From NCBI RefSeq assembly GCF_036321535.1, contig NC_087436.1, positions 102,736,001 to 102,800,000 of the forward strand: 64,000 nucleotides of DNA. Direction: 5' to 3'. This DNA is from Camelus dromedarius. Its lineage: Eukaryota. The position numbers were made by a program, and so were the translations under genes. The notes below the pieces were generated by a model. That model searched no databases, was not told where the DNA came from, and saw nothing but the letters and a program-made list of their open reading frames with translations. Shown piece by piece: positions 1 through 13,519 of this stretch (positions are counted from its first letter, which is position 1; the number at the start of each line of letters is the position of its first letter).

Positions 1-43
1 AATTAGATTGAAATCTTACCCTTGGTGACAAAAAGTAATTTTG

Positions 44-190
44 AGGGGGAGGTATATTATAGCTCAAGTGGTAGAGCACATGCTCAGCATGCATGAGGTC
101 TCAGGTTCAATCCCCAGCACCTCCTCTAAAAATAATAAGTAAATAAATAAACCTAATTACATCCCTCCACCAAAATATAAAATAAAATAA
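44..190 (+). mobile_element. tRNA-Ala-derived SINE (camelid vic-1-like)
   Basis: Head ggggga..tagctcaagtggtagagcacatgctcagcatgcatgaggtctcaggttcaatccccagcacctcc carries the Pol III A box and B box. It is followed by an A-rich linker, 'aaacctaattac' and an A-rich tail. TSD-like taattttg at 36-43 and 191-198. Confidence 0.9.
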
Positions 191-1559
191 TAATTTTGGA
201 AGAAAAGAATCATGATTTATCTCCATCCCTCTTATTCTTACCTTTGTCAGTTGAAGCCTTGTTTGAAACAGACCACAGATTTATTAAGCCTCTAAGTCCT
301 AGGTGAGGAAGTCCAAGCTTATAAGTGGAAAAACTATCAGTGCTGTTGATTGGGTCACCCAGCCCCAGAGAATGACTCAATATGTTATTTCTCAGGACTG
401 TCTCCAGACCTGGCCCATGGAGGTGTCTCCTTTCTTTCAGAAAAGGAAGAAGTTCTGCCTGAGTTTCAGCAGACATGATATTTTGTTGTTTTCTCAATAA
501 CTGAGAAATCGAAGAGACAAATTACTAACTCAAAAAGAAAAGAGCAATTTAATTCTGAAACTGGTGGCAGAGGTTAGAAAGGCATGGAGAAATGAACATT
601 TTTTTTTCTGACGTTGTCTGATCCATCTTCATGATGGCTCTGTGTAAGGTTTTGGATCTCTACTTTGCTATAGGTCTTGTTCACAAGATAAAAAGATAAA
701 TCATTTTTTCTCTCTGTTGTAGGTCTCCATCATGCCTAAGTCTCTCTTAGTTTCTTAAGCCTGATTTTCCTTCTCCAGATGTACCAGAGACAATTATATA
801 AAAAGGGGACATCAATTTTATGATTGAAGGGCTCAGCTTTAGCCACCAAACACCAAAGTTTTTGGTCACTTTGGGCTATTATTGATGGGAGAGGTGGAAG
901 AGATCTTACCCTTGTTCCTAAGCTACGGACCAATTTTAAATACCTTATGTAACTTAAATAACCTTAGCATTTTGTAAAGTCTTTAGGACATACTTCTTTG
1001 TCACCCAACTTCCATATTGAAGTTCAAATTAAAACTAGTTAAATAAGAAGAGAGGGCAGAGTTCCTTTATCCTTTATACTCTGTAACTTTGAACTTGAAA
1101 CCAAATGCAGTTGCCTGGTGTCTGCTTGCTGTAAGGTGCCCTCCGAGGCAAAGTCGTTCAAATGACTGGTTTTCCAGGTTACTTCTTAATGGTCCTGCCT
1201 AACCTCTTTCACCCAGGCTGCACGGCCTTTGTACGATTGGTTTAATGAGTATATCCTCTAATTGCCCCCTGAGGTGACTTTTCATCTAGAACACTAAGGA
1301 TTTTAAGAGGTTAGTCAAGCTTTTGATCTAAAATCTGTCCTTGAATTAAGAATGTGTGTTTCCTGCTCTATATATTATTTATTCATTTCCAATAGGATGA
1401 CTCCTGATGGAAACTTTTGAAAAATTGTTTTCATTATTGAAGAGCAAAGCATGTTTTTCCCCCCTCGGTTGTAGTGTGTTTTCTTTATTTTTTATGTTAT
1501 TTTGCGTTTATGATTCTTACCTCCTGGTTCTATAGGACAAACAAGCAGGCAGGCAGATA

Positions 1560-2945
1560 GCTAGTGAAAAATATTTACTCAGCACACATCAAAAGCCTGG
1601 CTCTGTTTTACTGCAAGGACTCAGACAATAATCACATAAATTAATAAGAAGAACATTTTAAACACTGGGAGGGGCAACAAAGAAAATAAACAGAATAATG
1701 ACATAGTAATGGGACTGAGGGGGTGTGACTTGGGGTAGGGAATTCACTGAAGCCCTTCCGAGAAAATTGGCATTTAAACAACATCCTAACTGATGAGAAA
1801 GATGCAGCTATATGAAAAATCTAAGAGGAAAAGAGGGAAGAAAGCAGAAGAAAAATCAGAGAGGTTCAGATTATGTAATATCTTGAAGACTGACAAAGAA
1901 TATAGGATTTCATTCTATTTCATTGGGAAATAACAAGAAGTGAGTCATAGTTTATAAAGTGTGACTACTTTCTGAAGAAAGGTAACTAATCTCCAAGAGA
2001 AAAACAGCTGGACACTAACGCAGTAAAGACCAATTTCATTCAGTAACTGCCACAGTTGGAGGAGGAGGCTTCTGCCATAAGACAACTGAGCTCAATTCCA
2101 AACACAGCAAAGACAGCTGGGGGTTAAGAGCCAACAAGCCAAGTGAGAAAGTCAGTGGGAGGAAAATCACTAAGAGGAGACCTCAAGAATAAGGAGATTC
2201 TTGCTGAACTGATCTAAGGAGATTCTTGCCAAAGACCTGCCAAGGTCTTACATATCAAAGTAGGGGATGGTGAACTTGATCAGATATCAAGAGTGTTCAG
2301 GTACCAAGGGCAGGCGTTCTTGTTCAGCTGACTTATCAAGGTTCTTTGCTAAAACTGGCTTCAGCAGGCCAAGGACAGGGCCCAGGGATGAGACTCAGTC
2401 TGAAACAGGGCTCAGAAGAGACTGCCTAGTTCTGTTAGAAGGGTCTTTGTCAGAATCTTTGGCAGAGAATGTACGTTAAGGGAGCTAAAGAGTCAAGGCA
2501 GGGAAACCTATTAGGAGACTCTTATGTTAGTCTAGATGAGAGATGTTCGTAGCTTTAGCAGAGGAAGTGGGAAGAAATGGTTGTTTGGGGATATCATTTT
2601 TAAGGGAAACCTGAGTGAACTTACCATCACAAAGGAGTGAAACCAGCAAGCTCGTGCATCCTCCTTAGCTTTTAGGCTGAGCAACTGGATGGAAATGGTG
2701 TCAATTACAGAGACAGATAGATTTGCAGAGGGATGGCGGGCATGGGGTGTGCAGGTCGATCAGTTGTCCTTTGTGGCCAGGCAGTGTCAGAGATACTGTC
2801 CAATGACTCAATTAGGTGCTAAATGGATAGCTCAGTCTAACCCAGTGAAGGGTTAGAGCAGGGCTGCGGATGCCGAGAGCCTTCGGGAGCTATGGGTGGA
2901 AAGCCAGGGAACTAGAGGGAATCAATTGAGTAACAGACAGAAAGT
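1560..2945 (-). mobile_element. L2 LINE remnant, interrupted by an ERV1 LTR
   Basis: Purine-rich antisense-L2-like segments on both sides of the LTR (e.g. aaggcagggaaacctattaggagact...agtctagatgagagatg at about 2495-2545). Boundaries approximate. Confidence 0.55.
1990..2452 (-). mobile_element. MER31-like ERV1 solo LTR
   Basis: Reverse complement begins tgacaaagac...ctgagccctg...gggccctgtccttggcctgc...ccagttttagcaaagaa...cttgatatctgatcaag, matching the recalled MER31 layout. Internal repeat taaggagattcttgc occurs twice. Confidence 0.75.
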
Positions 2946-3974
2946 GATGCAGTTTCCCCTGCACTTGGCTCCTCAAGAATCAAGAAAGTCCTCGGAAACC
3001 CCCATAGTAAATATTTTGACATAATCACCATTTAGGGAATGTATACAGAATGATTTAAGAGGCTGGTACATTCTATACGGTTGTACAGTGCAAAGTGGCC
3101 ACTTTGTCTTCTTATGGAGGGAAGAAGCATTGAATATCTACTCTACCATGACCTACAACAGAGTTTCTAATAACTTTCCCATTCAATGATCTCCATGAAG
3201 TAGTTATCATTTTCTTTTGATAGGAGTAAACCGAGAAATGTGACAACTTTCTGATGATAACACCGCCAGGTCGGGATCTGAACCCACGTTTGTCTGGTTA
3301 AAAAGCTTGTGCAGAGCTCATTAAAATTTTTTTCTCTTGAATCCTATGCAGATGGAAATAAATTAATACTACCCCCAGAACACAGAATCAAAATTCTCAG
3401 TGATTTGTTCCCTCAAGTATAAATAGCTAAAGCAAAGATCCACAGAGCAGAAGGGACTAGCTTTAAACTGAGTTTTTAATTCCGGTGAATCCCTCCCTCC
3501 AAGGCTTTCTATCCTGCCCCAAGTTTCCTTGATGTGGCCAAAGAAGTTGGAAACATGAAACGGAAGGTGATGGTGATAAATTGAAAGTTTTACTATAGTT
3601 TAAGACCCCATCTTGGAGACACATATGTCCTTTTCAATGAATGATGACTTTGGTTATTCAGAACAAAATGCCTGATTTCACTGTTTTATGTCTCATTATG
3701 CTGCACATTAAGGAGCTACATATAGGCGCTTGTTTTGTCAGAGTTTGGAGAACTTGGCCAACCACTGTGCTGTTATTGTATGTCTCAGCATCCTTTTCTC
3801 AAAGGTATATAAGGGGACTGACATTTACTTTGGCTTCATAATCAATTGATAGTTTGTATAATCGACTTCTGTTCCCTAGAACTGCCTCTCCTGTTAAGAG
3901 CTTCTGACCTCCATGTGTCTTTGTCATTCTCCTGGAAGAGTCAATACACATTTCTTCAAATAACACAGCTTGAG

Positions 3975-3976
<2 letters not shown>

Positions 3977-4014
<38 letters not shown>
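3977..4014. repeat. (GT)19 microsatellite
   Basis: Perfect dinucleotide run. Confidence 0.97.
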
Positions 4015-4017
<3 letters not shown>

Positions 4018-5804
4018 AAGGAATGGGAAGCTTAACTCAATAACACATCTAAATTTTTGTTTTTAACCCAATCCATTAGTTGCTTTGATACAGATACAGA
4101 TTATATATATGTAAATCATGTGAATAGTAAAGTAGTAGTCATTTGAATGTCACAAATCAGCTCATGTCAGGCCTGCCTGCTAATCAATTTGAGGACAGTA
4201 TGGAGGGTCTTACTCAGGTTGTCCTGAGGCACATCACCCATGATTGAGTCCTAAGATGACAGAGTAGGAAGTTTTTAACTGGAAATAATTATGTTTTGCT
4301 AAGGCCCTTGGTATAATGAAAACTCTATGTGTTAAGTGTTAAGTCATTTTGGTGCTAAACGTTCCGTTAAGAATGGAAGGGATGTGTGTGGGAGTCGTGA
4401 TGAATATGACGACACTTATGTGCTCAGTATTGCTGATGGGCAGTCAGAAAGCCAATATCAGCAGACTCTCAAAAGCAACTAATTTGGCTTGGTTGTCATC
4501 GCCAGGCACCAATGGGAGCAGTGTCCACATCGGTCAGCAGCGTCAAAGTGCCAGCTTGGCTCTGACATAGGGCAAAGCTGTGGAAGATACCAGAAGTAGC
4601 TCAGGGCTTTCCATCTACACTGTACAAAGACTCTCTGGTAGATTTCCAAAACTTTGACAAATTTGATGATGATCTGAATTCCTACAAAAGATAGAAATAG
4701 AGCCAGTGAAGTACTTTTTGTGAATATTATTGTCTATATTTAATCATAGAAAACAAGTGGTCTGGAAAACACAAATGACTTAAGTGTGCCCAAGGCCATC
4801 ACACTTTGTACCAAGTATATTTATTATATAAACTGAAGTCCAGTAACCAAGAAATTGAAAACAGGAAATCACCTTGCATGAAGCAAAATCATCCATGTAA
4901 CGAAGTTTATTAAATGTTCAGGAAGATATAAAGAGACAAAGGTGACTTTACAATTTAATCATTGAAATATTAGCTATTTCAGTTCTTAAAAAAGAGTTCT
5001 ATATGATTTCCAGAATTAGTAGAGGTCCATTTTTGGTTACTGTCTCCATCTTTTCTTCACTCTGCCTTCTTCTAAGGGCCTACTCATCTTTTTATTATAT
5101 CTTCAAACTCATTTCTATCATTTACCAAATCTCACCATTAGATCTCTCTCTGGACATCTAAGGACACAGTAGAATTAATGTTTATAAAGCTGTATCTCAT
5201 TAAGATCTTAAACATGGGTTTTTAACTTCTAAATTCTGTCATAAAAGAGAGGGGTTTTTGTTTCTTTTACTTTATGTAAAAGGCAATCTTATTTTGTATA
5301 ATGAGATAAAATGGAGAAAAACATAAATATTGGAGACATGAAGACTCAAGATAGAGTCAAATTAGGATTCTGATGTTTTTGTGTCTTTATCAAGAAAAAG
5401 TTATTTAATATTTCTCTTAATCCATTTCAATGAAATAAGGATAAAATAACTTTTCATTTGGGTATTATGAAGAACAAAAAGGTGAGGAAATCAGTAAATA
5501 AATGTTAATTTCAGTCTATTGCCCTTTCTTCCTCAATTTACAAGTGTATAAACTGAGGTCCAAAGGAGTGATACAAATTTCCTAAGATTCCTATTTTTTT
5601 TTTCTTTTATGTACTTTAATTTTGCTTTCCCATCTCTGCATTACCTGCCTTGCCAAAAAAGAAAAAAAAAGGCTGGTGAATTTCTGGCTAGTTGGGGTCA
5701 ATGTCCCGTACATCTCATCAAGATCGTAGACATGCAGTCCATGGGGTCAAGAAGCCACTGCAGGGCAAGTCACCCTAACAAAATTCCAGCTTATTCACAG
5801 GGAT

Positions 5805-5855
5805 AAAAAAAAAGAAAGAAAGGAAGGGAAGAAAGGAAGGAAGGAAAGAAGGAAA
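5805..5855. repeat. A-rich/(GGAA)n purine tract
   Basis: aaaaaaaagaaagaaaggaagggaagaaaggaaggaaggaaagaaggaaa. Confidence 0.85.
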
Positions 5856-6479
5856 TACATACACACATACATTAATTAAACTTAGTTTATAAAGAATTAG
5901 GATACTTCGAATGCGTAAACACAGGAAAATGTTTCAAACATCATGATTATCTCTGACCTACCTATAATTTTAAATTTCTGTTTTCAACCACTCCACGAAT
6001 CTCTAGAAAATTTAACAGGCATGTGTTCATTTGTGTACTAATTTGTACTCTCTACCAAAATAATTTCTGATTTTCCTCTGACTGTGGAAAAAAAAAAAAA
6101 AGGAAGAAAAAAAAGAAAAGGGGCTGTCGGGCATTTTCTTACTTTCAGGAAATAATTCTGATGTAGTTTACCACAAAATAAATTCTCACAATATTTTAGA
6201 AGTCACACCTCAAGCAAAAATTATTTTTCTCTTACAAATTTTAAAATTTGAACATATTTTTTACTCCCCTTTGAGGGTGACAAACATTGCCTGATCTTTT
6301 GAATGAGGTGGGGTAGGATTGGGTGGGTCTGTAACAACCCTGTACATGTCCCTCAGAGGTGTACGCAAAGAACAACTTTCACTTTCAGTTATTATGAAAC
6401 CTTATGTCAATCATATAACTAGACATATAATACAACCTTGGGACTCACATGGATAAGTTTTTCCATTGGGAAAAACAAA

Positions 6480-6974
6480 TTTTACCAAGTCCAAACTTGT
6501 TCTGCTCACCAATGACAGGTCAATAAATTGGGAGACAAGGTGTTGGGGCAAGGAATAATGACTTTATTTGGAAAGCTGACAGACCGAGAAGATGGCAGAC
6601 TAATGTCCTGGAGAACCATCTTTCCCCCAGTCAGAATTCAGTCTCCTTTTGTAATAAAAAGGGGAGGGGGTGTGGTTGTTACAAACTCCTTGCAGCTGTC
6701 CACGTGGGTCAGATCATGGTGTCCCTGAAAACCTCCAACAAAACAAATGTTATTTTCTAGTCTGCAAATTTTTATCTTTATATAAAGTGAAAAACATTAA
6801 TATCCTTAAAGGTCACAGACTTGAGAATAGGCTCTCCTGTATATTTCAGGCTATAGGCAACATTCTTTTACAAAAGGTACAAAACCAGCATGACTAACCC
6901 CAGGAAACAGAGCACAGGGTTAAAGCCAAAGAAACAGATCTAATATGGAGTCAGATTTGTTCTTTTCTATTACA
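6480..6974 (-). mobile_element. MER34/MER39-like ERV1 solo LTR (copy 1)
   Basis: Reverse complement runs tgtaatagaaaag...aataaagtcattattccttgccccaacaccttgtctccc...gtttggacttggtaaaa. Homologous along its length to 50337-50844. 4-bp TSD caaa/caag (6476-6479; 6975-6978). Confidence 0.88.
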
Positions 6975-9900
6975 CAAGAAGAACTGATGTGGGTTCAAAA
7001 ATGTGATGAAGTCAAATTCATAAAACTTTAGAAGTTGCAAAATAAAACATTCTCTTTCTTTACATATACAACAATAGTTTGCTTTTTCCTTCTTCTTCTT
7101 CTTCAAGTTTAGTCTGAGTTGATTTAGAGGTGGATTACAAGAAAAGTTCACCTTAGGCTGTCAAAAATAGTGTAAGCAGTAAAACTCCATGTCTGTATCC
7201 TCAGTGGAGAGTGGGGTCAGAGATAAACCATGGCAGGTAAAATTGAAGCAAGTTTATGTTCCTGGTTAATTCTCCAACAAAAGTGGGGACACAGGGAGAG
7301 CACCACCCAGGGGCATCTCTCTGGGTTTAAGTTAGTGGTAAATCACAACACGGATTCAACCTTTCCCTTACTGGATGCTTCAAAACTGACAAAATCAGGT
7401 TAATGTGAACATCAAGGTCAACCACAAAAGGAAAAAGCTTTCACAAAAGGGCAGTCTAAGGTAGAAGAATATTTAATGATAGCAAACAATGGTTGTTGGT
7501 CCACTGCACACACGTGCAACCTTGAGTGTCTTAGTATATCTGGCAGAACACCTCTTTTCCACCCACATCTTACCCTTTACCCTCCAAATGTCACCATTGT
7601 TCCTAATTCACTAAAAAATGGCTTTACAAATAGCTATTTTAAAATGTTGCTATGTGAAATATCCTTTCTTATCCTTCAAAAAGAAAGATGAATTATAACT
7701 ATAATACTTTGTTAAAACTTGATTGTTGAAATGATAATAAATCATATGCTGAGTGTTTATTCTGGTATGAATCTGGCAAGTAATTGAAGTAAAAGTATGT
7801 ACCCAAATATTGACAAATTTATTTTTCCTCATAGAATAAAATGTGCAGGAAACACATTCATGCTTTAAAAAAGAATAATACAAGATTCTGTAAAGATTTC
7901 TGTTCTGTGTGTGAAGATTCAGGTTGTCTCATATCTTCATTTATTAACGTTTTTAGAAGAAGAAGAATAGGATTTATTAAGTGCAAAGAAACTGTTTAAA
8001 ACATTTGTAAAATTGTTATAGTAGATTTCTTTGCAAAAAATTTTGAATGGTTTAATTTCTTGACAGCGACACTAATCAGTGTTGCTGGAAATCTTAGCTC
8101 TGATGGCTGCTAAGAATGTACCAAATGTCATGTCACCTTGCCTGCACCTCTCTTCCCACTCCTCCAGCTCCCCAGGAGGGCATCAGATCATTGTAAATCT
8201 AACACAATATTCTGCACAAAGCATTGTAGCAAGCTGGTCTACGAGATTATGTCTCTGAAGTCGTCAGTTCTGAGATTCTTCTAGGGAATGACCTCAAGGA
8301 GCAAATACATTGTAATCACTTACTTTATACAAGAGGATACATGAGGTTAAAGGTGGTGCCAAGCCTGTTGTTCTGTAGTTAACTAAAGCCAGAGTAAGAA
8401 AGAGCATGCTTGTACTGCACCACGTGCAAAGGAGATTGGAGAAAATAAAGCATATCTTGAAAGAGGTTAAAGTTTTACAGACTAAAGCTGTTCTGGTAAA
8501 CCTTTTGCTAGAATTCTCTACATATGAGAACAAATCTTACAGTTAGCATCCTCACTGAAGTTATGTCTAATTGTAAAGAATTCAAGAATGGCAAACTAAG
8601 TGAAGAGGTGAACTTTCTTTCATCAGTTCTCACAAATACAGAAAAGTAAAGAAAAGGAAGACAATGCAACTCAGGGAAATCCATGAGTGGTCTCTCACCA
8701 GCCAGCAGTGTCTCCTACCTCTGCAGTCACAGATGTAAATATGTAATTTTCAGAAGGCAACCCAGGATATGTGTACAGGTGCTTCTGCATACATGGGTCT
8801 ATATGTATACATGCTTATAAGTATATTTTATTTTTAGATTTGCAGTAACTGTTACATAAATCTTTAAGGAAACAGCAGCATTAAAAATAAAAAGACTAAA
8901 AGGCTAGCTTGATTTGGCCACAATTTATGTAAATATTTCACAGACTTTGAAGATTTGCCTCATTCGTGACTTCAAACTCCCTCACTCTACCAAATTCGAC
9001 TTCTCATTAGCTGAGTGAACCAAGGCAGGTATTTCCGCTGAATTGGGCAAATTGTGATTTGAACAAATTTCCATTAGCCTTTAGGAAGAAATCACAAAAC
9101 TGACTTTCATCTGTGGGCTAAGACTGGATGTGAAAAATTCCCCAGAGAAAGGAAAGAAAAAAAGATTGCAAGTTGTGAGCATAAAGCTGAAAATCATTCA
9201 GGATATTTAACATGGAATATAATTTAATCAGGCCCTAATGAAAGCCATGTCAGCTCTAATACACATAATACGTTTCTTACACATTTTTGTATTGTACTCA
9301 GTATCTATCCTTAAACAGTGATAAAGGGATGAGCAGCACCAAGAATATCATTTAGGTTGAAGCTGGGGTGTCCAAACCACTTAAATGTTTCTTCAAGCAA
9401 GATTTCAGTCCTCCCAAACCAATCTTCCAACACAAGTTTCATGAACACAAAGACACTTAATAAGTATAACTGAATGATGATTAACTTCCTAAATTACTAG
9501 CTAATTAATCTGCTGTGAATTTAATTGATGAAGTCAGACCTCCAAGTCAGAAGCTAATAGGGTGGGCAGTATCAAATTAATTCCTCTTAAAAAACTGGAA
9601 AGCTAGAACTCTCCTATTAATTCATGCTAAATATAACTGATTAGAGACAAATATTTTGAAAATGTACAGGCCATTTTGTCCTTTGGTTTTCCTTTACTAC
9701 TCAATAGTCAAAGTGTCAGTTCATTCTACTTTTAATGGAATCCGACAATCAAGAGTTTATTTTTAAGTACTATGGGCTTAGAGATATAATTTAAAGGTTC
9801 TGCAATTTAGCCATGCAAAATATTTTTGAAATAAAAAATCAGTTTAGCCAGAAGAGGCTGTGTGTGATATGATCTGCTGGGAAATCAACATGAACAAAAT

Positions 9901-10014
9901 ACTTGTCCAAGATTACACACTTTAAGAAGGGCCAAAATTAAGTCCTAATATTATGTATCAGACTGAATTGATGGTTTGGTCTTCTGTCGTGAAAGTTATA
10001 ATTAATAAAACATA

Positions 10015-10200
10015 AATAACTACCATTTGTTGAGCATATACTATGTCCCAGGCAATGCTGGGCGTATTATGTGTAATTTGCAAAACTCTTTGGATATTAG
10101 TGAAAACGTTTTATAAATGAAGAAATTGAACAACAGAGAAGTTAATTGCCCATGATTATAGAACAATAATTTAAAACCAGATATATGTAACTGCAAGGTC
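10015..10200 (-). mobile_element. MIR SINE
   Basis: taccatttgttgagcatatactatgtcccaggc...ttttataaatgaagaaattga...cagagaagttaattgcccatg resembles the MIR core in antisense. Confidence 0.7.
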
Positions 10201-11149
10201 TGAAATTTTTGTGTATTTCTTAGTCCCTCAAAAGCAAAACGGAACATAACAAAGCAAAATAAAGCAAAACAAATAAAAATGAAAACATACAGGAACACAC
10301 CTCTGTAAACACTACTGAAAAATTTAGGTCTATAAGATTTTAGCTTATGCTATCCAATATGTTGATCTAAAATCAGCAAAATGTAACTGTTTTTAAGTTC
10401 TTTCACAGTTTTTTGTCAGTGATATTGCTTCAGATTGTTCAACTAGGTGTTAGAAAAGCAGGATAAAGAGTCAATATAGGAAGAAAATCTTGGATGAAAA
10501 TAGATTACCTTTTATATTTGGCTTCCTGAAGAATGCATATATTTGAGTGAAAAGGAACAAGTTTATTCTGTTAATTATTGAAATCAGTAAAAGATATAAA
10601 TTGTCTTCTATGCCTTAGCTTTGTAAATTACTAAAGTTCTCTTTTTTGGCCTGGAAGTTGCTATGGCATCTTATTGCCAAATTATGAGCAAACTCAATTA
10701 GTTAGAGTTTGGGGAAGAAATAGACTTTTTATTCCTGAGAACTCTTCAAAGAGCTTAACACACCATTTGGCATGTACTGTAAACTCTGACAAAGCTTCAA
10801 CTCCTAATGACCTAGAAATCCCTCACTATGTCAAACTGAGTTTCTCTCGGACTGATGGAACTGAGGAAGGCACTTCTACCTCGGACAAATAGTGTGGTAG
10901 CTTTGTGGAACGACTTCCTTATTTTTAAGTTCACCTTCAGTATTTTATTGAACACTCTTTACCACTCTTTAATTACTTTAAAAACAATGGTGAATTTTAT
11001 TCTATTGCAATAGCAAGGTGCAGAGCAGCCTGAATGTAAGTTTTTACAATTCAGGCAGGATGAATTTAATATGCTTTTCACTTATGCTATGCATGGTTGA
11101 AGGTACTGATGATACAAATGTGAAAAAATGTACATCCAATACTATTGGT

Positions 11150-11470
11150 TGTTGTCACCATCCGCTTACCTGTCTTCCTGGTTGGTGTTCTCATTTATAT
11201 GTCCAACTTGCCTCTGTAAAACTCAGGAAAGGTAATTCTTGTCCCTGGTCAGTGGGTGAGCCATGCCTAATCTAAGTTTAAGCCAATCAGCATGGTTCCA
11301 TTTTATTTACTGGAAATGAGGATATGGCCCAATTGTGGCTAACATAACCTGAGAGGGATTCAGTAGAGAAACTGCTAGAACATTTTCACTTTTAAAAAAA
11401 ATGCATAAAGAAAGGAAGAAAAGAAAGGATGAAAGATGCCATTACTTCTTTCCAGTTTTAATGTGACACA
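11150..11470 (+). mobile_element. Old MLT1 (MLT1H/I/J-like) MaLR LTR fragment
   Basis: taagccaatcagcatggttccatt...gatatggcccaattgtggctaac...gagagggattc resembles old MLT1 internal motifs. Confidence 0.45.
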
Positions 11471-11634
11471 GTCACACACCCTATTATGGGAATATTAAGG
11501 AAGGTTTATATTTCTATACAATTCATCTAAAGTCTATAGTGATTCACTACCTTTGATAGCAAATGATCAGAAATTAGATGATAAATAGATAAAATGATAA
11601 TGATGTCAGCTGGATTTAGTAGGTCTGCAGTTGT

Positions 11635-11870
11635 TTTGATATCTTTACTTTTTGAAATATCTGTTGATGATTTTGATATTGATCTTTACAATGTGTGATC
11701 TTTATATTCGCAATAAATGCCAATAGTTGAGCATGGTATAGACCATGATAATCTTGTTCATTTAAATATCAATTATGATTTTACAGCTAATTATCTGTGG
11801 AGGTATCAACGTGTGAAGGAGATCTAGATCCCAAAAATCAATATAAAGTGGATGTCCATTGGCATTAAGT
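11635..11870 (+). mobile_element. Possible degraded hAT-family transposase C-terminal (dimerization domain) relic
   Basis: Across frameshifts it reads NA-VEHGI-TM-NLV...LSVE...DLDPK..IKWMS. This resembles the hAT motif xERxFSxMNL and the downstream ISxEGP..DP...W motif. Confidence 0.4.
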
Positions 11871-12629
11871 AACATCACCAAAAAAAAAAAAGAAAGACAA
11901 TTGCAGTACAATTTTCAGTCTTTCATGATGCAGTCTATACAGGTAGATGTTTGAATCACAGAATATTCCACATGGGATTTAATCAGTTTTAAATTCTTCA
12001 TATCAGTGAAAATCAGGAGGGAATAAAAAATAGGTGCTTATCTCAACTATTCAAAGTGAAGTTAAATCTCAAAGTCATTATTAAAAACATTTTTCACTTT
12101 GATTTGTATGGATTCTTTTGGGATAAATATAGTCAATTTAAAGAGACAAGTTGAACAATTTGCCCAAGTGATCACGAATTTCGTGGATTCCTAGCAGGCG
12201 TGAGGCACCTCGTATACTAAAGCTACTTCCTCTCATAACCATTTTAAAAGAAAAAAGCATGTTTTATCAATAAATATTGAAACTGAACTTTGGAAAGATA
12301 GCAGACAGGGCACATAAAAGTAGTTCTTCTTTCTTTTAAAGTGCTGAGAAATGGAAGAAGATTTTTCTTTAAAAATTATAATAGTTTGAAAACCAAGAAG
12401 GTATATTCTCAGAAAATTAAACAAATACCAAAAAGAAAAAAAAAAAAAAAAGGAGGCCTTAAAGATACAAAGCCAACAGATGTATTCAACTAAGAAAACA
12501 AGTCTCAATTATCTGTTGAAGAATTAAGGATTTATTATTAGATATTATTTAGCTGTTAAGATGCTGTAGTTTCAAAAATGCCAAGGACACATGTGATGAC
12601 CTTCAGAGTGATTATTAAAGAATAACACA

Positions 12630-12990
12630 TGGCAGAACTGGGCTGATAAGTTCCTCTTTCCTACCCACCTTGTGCTCAGCTTTCAGTCACCAAGGTCTTT
12701 TCCCACAGATTAAAGCAACCACGAAGTTGGGTATTTGGGTTAAAGAGGATACAAGGTGCCCACATGGTCACCTTCCTAGCATCCATAACAGGGGCTATTG
12801 TTGAAAACCCCCCTGCAGCCCATCTATTTCCCAGAATCACGCAGAAATAAATTCCTAAAATCAAAATCCTCTCTTTTGCTTCCATCTCTTAATCTCGCGT
12901 AAATTCTTCTGGCCAATTCTAACCCAGGAACGTACAGTGAAGGGGATTCTGTAAATGTAAAATCCAGTTTATCTCAGCTACATTAACACA
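12630..12990 (-). mobile_element. LTR33-like ERVL LTR
   Basis: Ends ggccaattctaacccaggaacgtacagtgaaggggattctgtaaatgta...cagctacattaacaca, the reverse complement of the recalled LTR33 5' end. Left boundary uncertain. Confidence 0.6.
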
Positions 12991-13519
12991 TTTTAACACA
13001 TTCCCCGAAGGGGTTTGAAAAATGAGAGCAGGGATTACACACTGTTGCCAAATTCTAGTTTGTTATAAATAAATACGCATGTAAGATATTTTTCTTTCAA
13101 AATAAAAATGACTTATTTTGCCTCTTGAGGAAAATATTCTTGCAGTTTAGATTACCTAATTTATCAAATAGAAGCATTCCAATGAGAAAATAGATATTAC
13201 ATTTTGCCATACATTAATACTGAGGCATAAATACAGAATAGCAAGATGAGGTTTTTAAATAAGTACTCCCTATGCAATCATATCATGGACACATTACAAA
13301 GTCAGATGGAAAGCAAATGACTCATGGATTGTACATTCCTTGTCACTAATCTTGTCTTTAACCCTAACAAAAAGAAATGCGTGGCAGATGGTCAGGTTTT
13401 CCTGAGTTTGTCCTGACATGTTTATTACAATAGGAAAGGATGCAGACTAAACAGATACACAAAATTCTAGACATTTTATTCAAGAGTAAAAAGAACACAC
13501 ACACATGTATTTCACCCTA

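Noticed and set aside
6528..6728. ORF similar to the ORF at 50670-50867 (GDKVLGQGIMTLFGKL vs GDKLLGQGIMTLYRKL), resembling a paralogous small-protein pair
   Set aside because: Both are antisense readings of the 3' end of the same LTR family, so DNA-level repeat homology explains the similarity.
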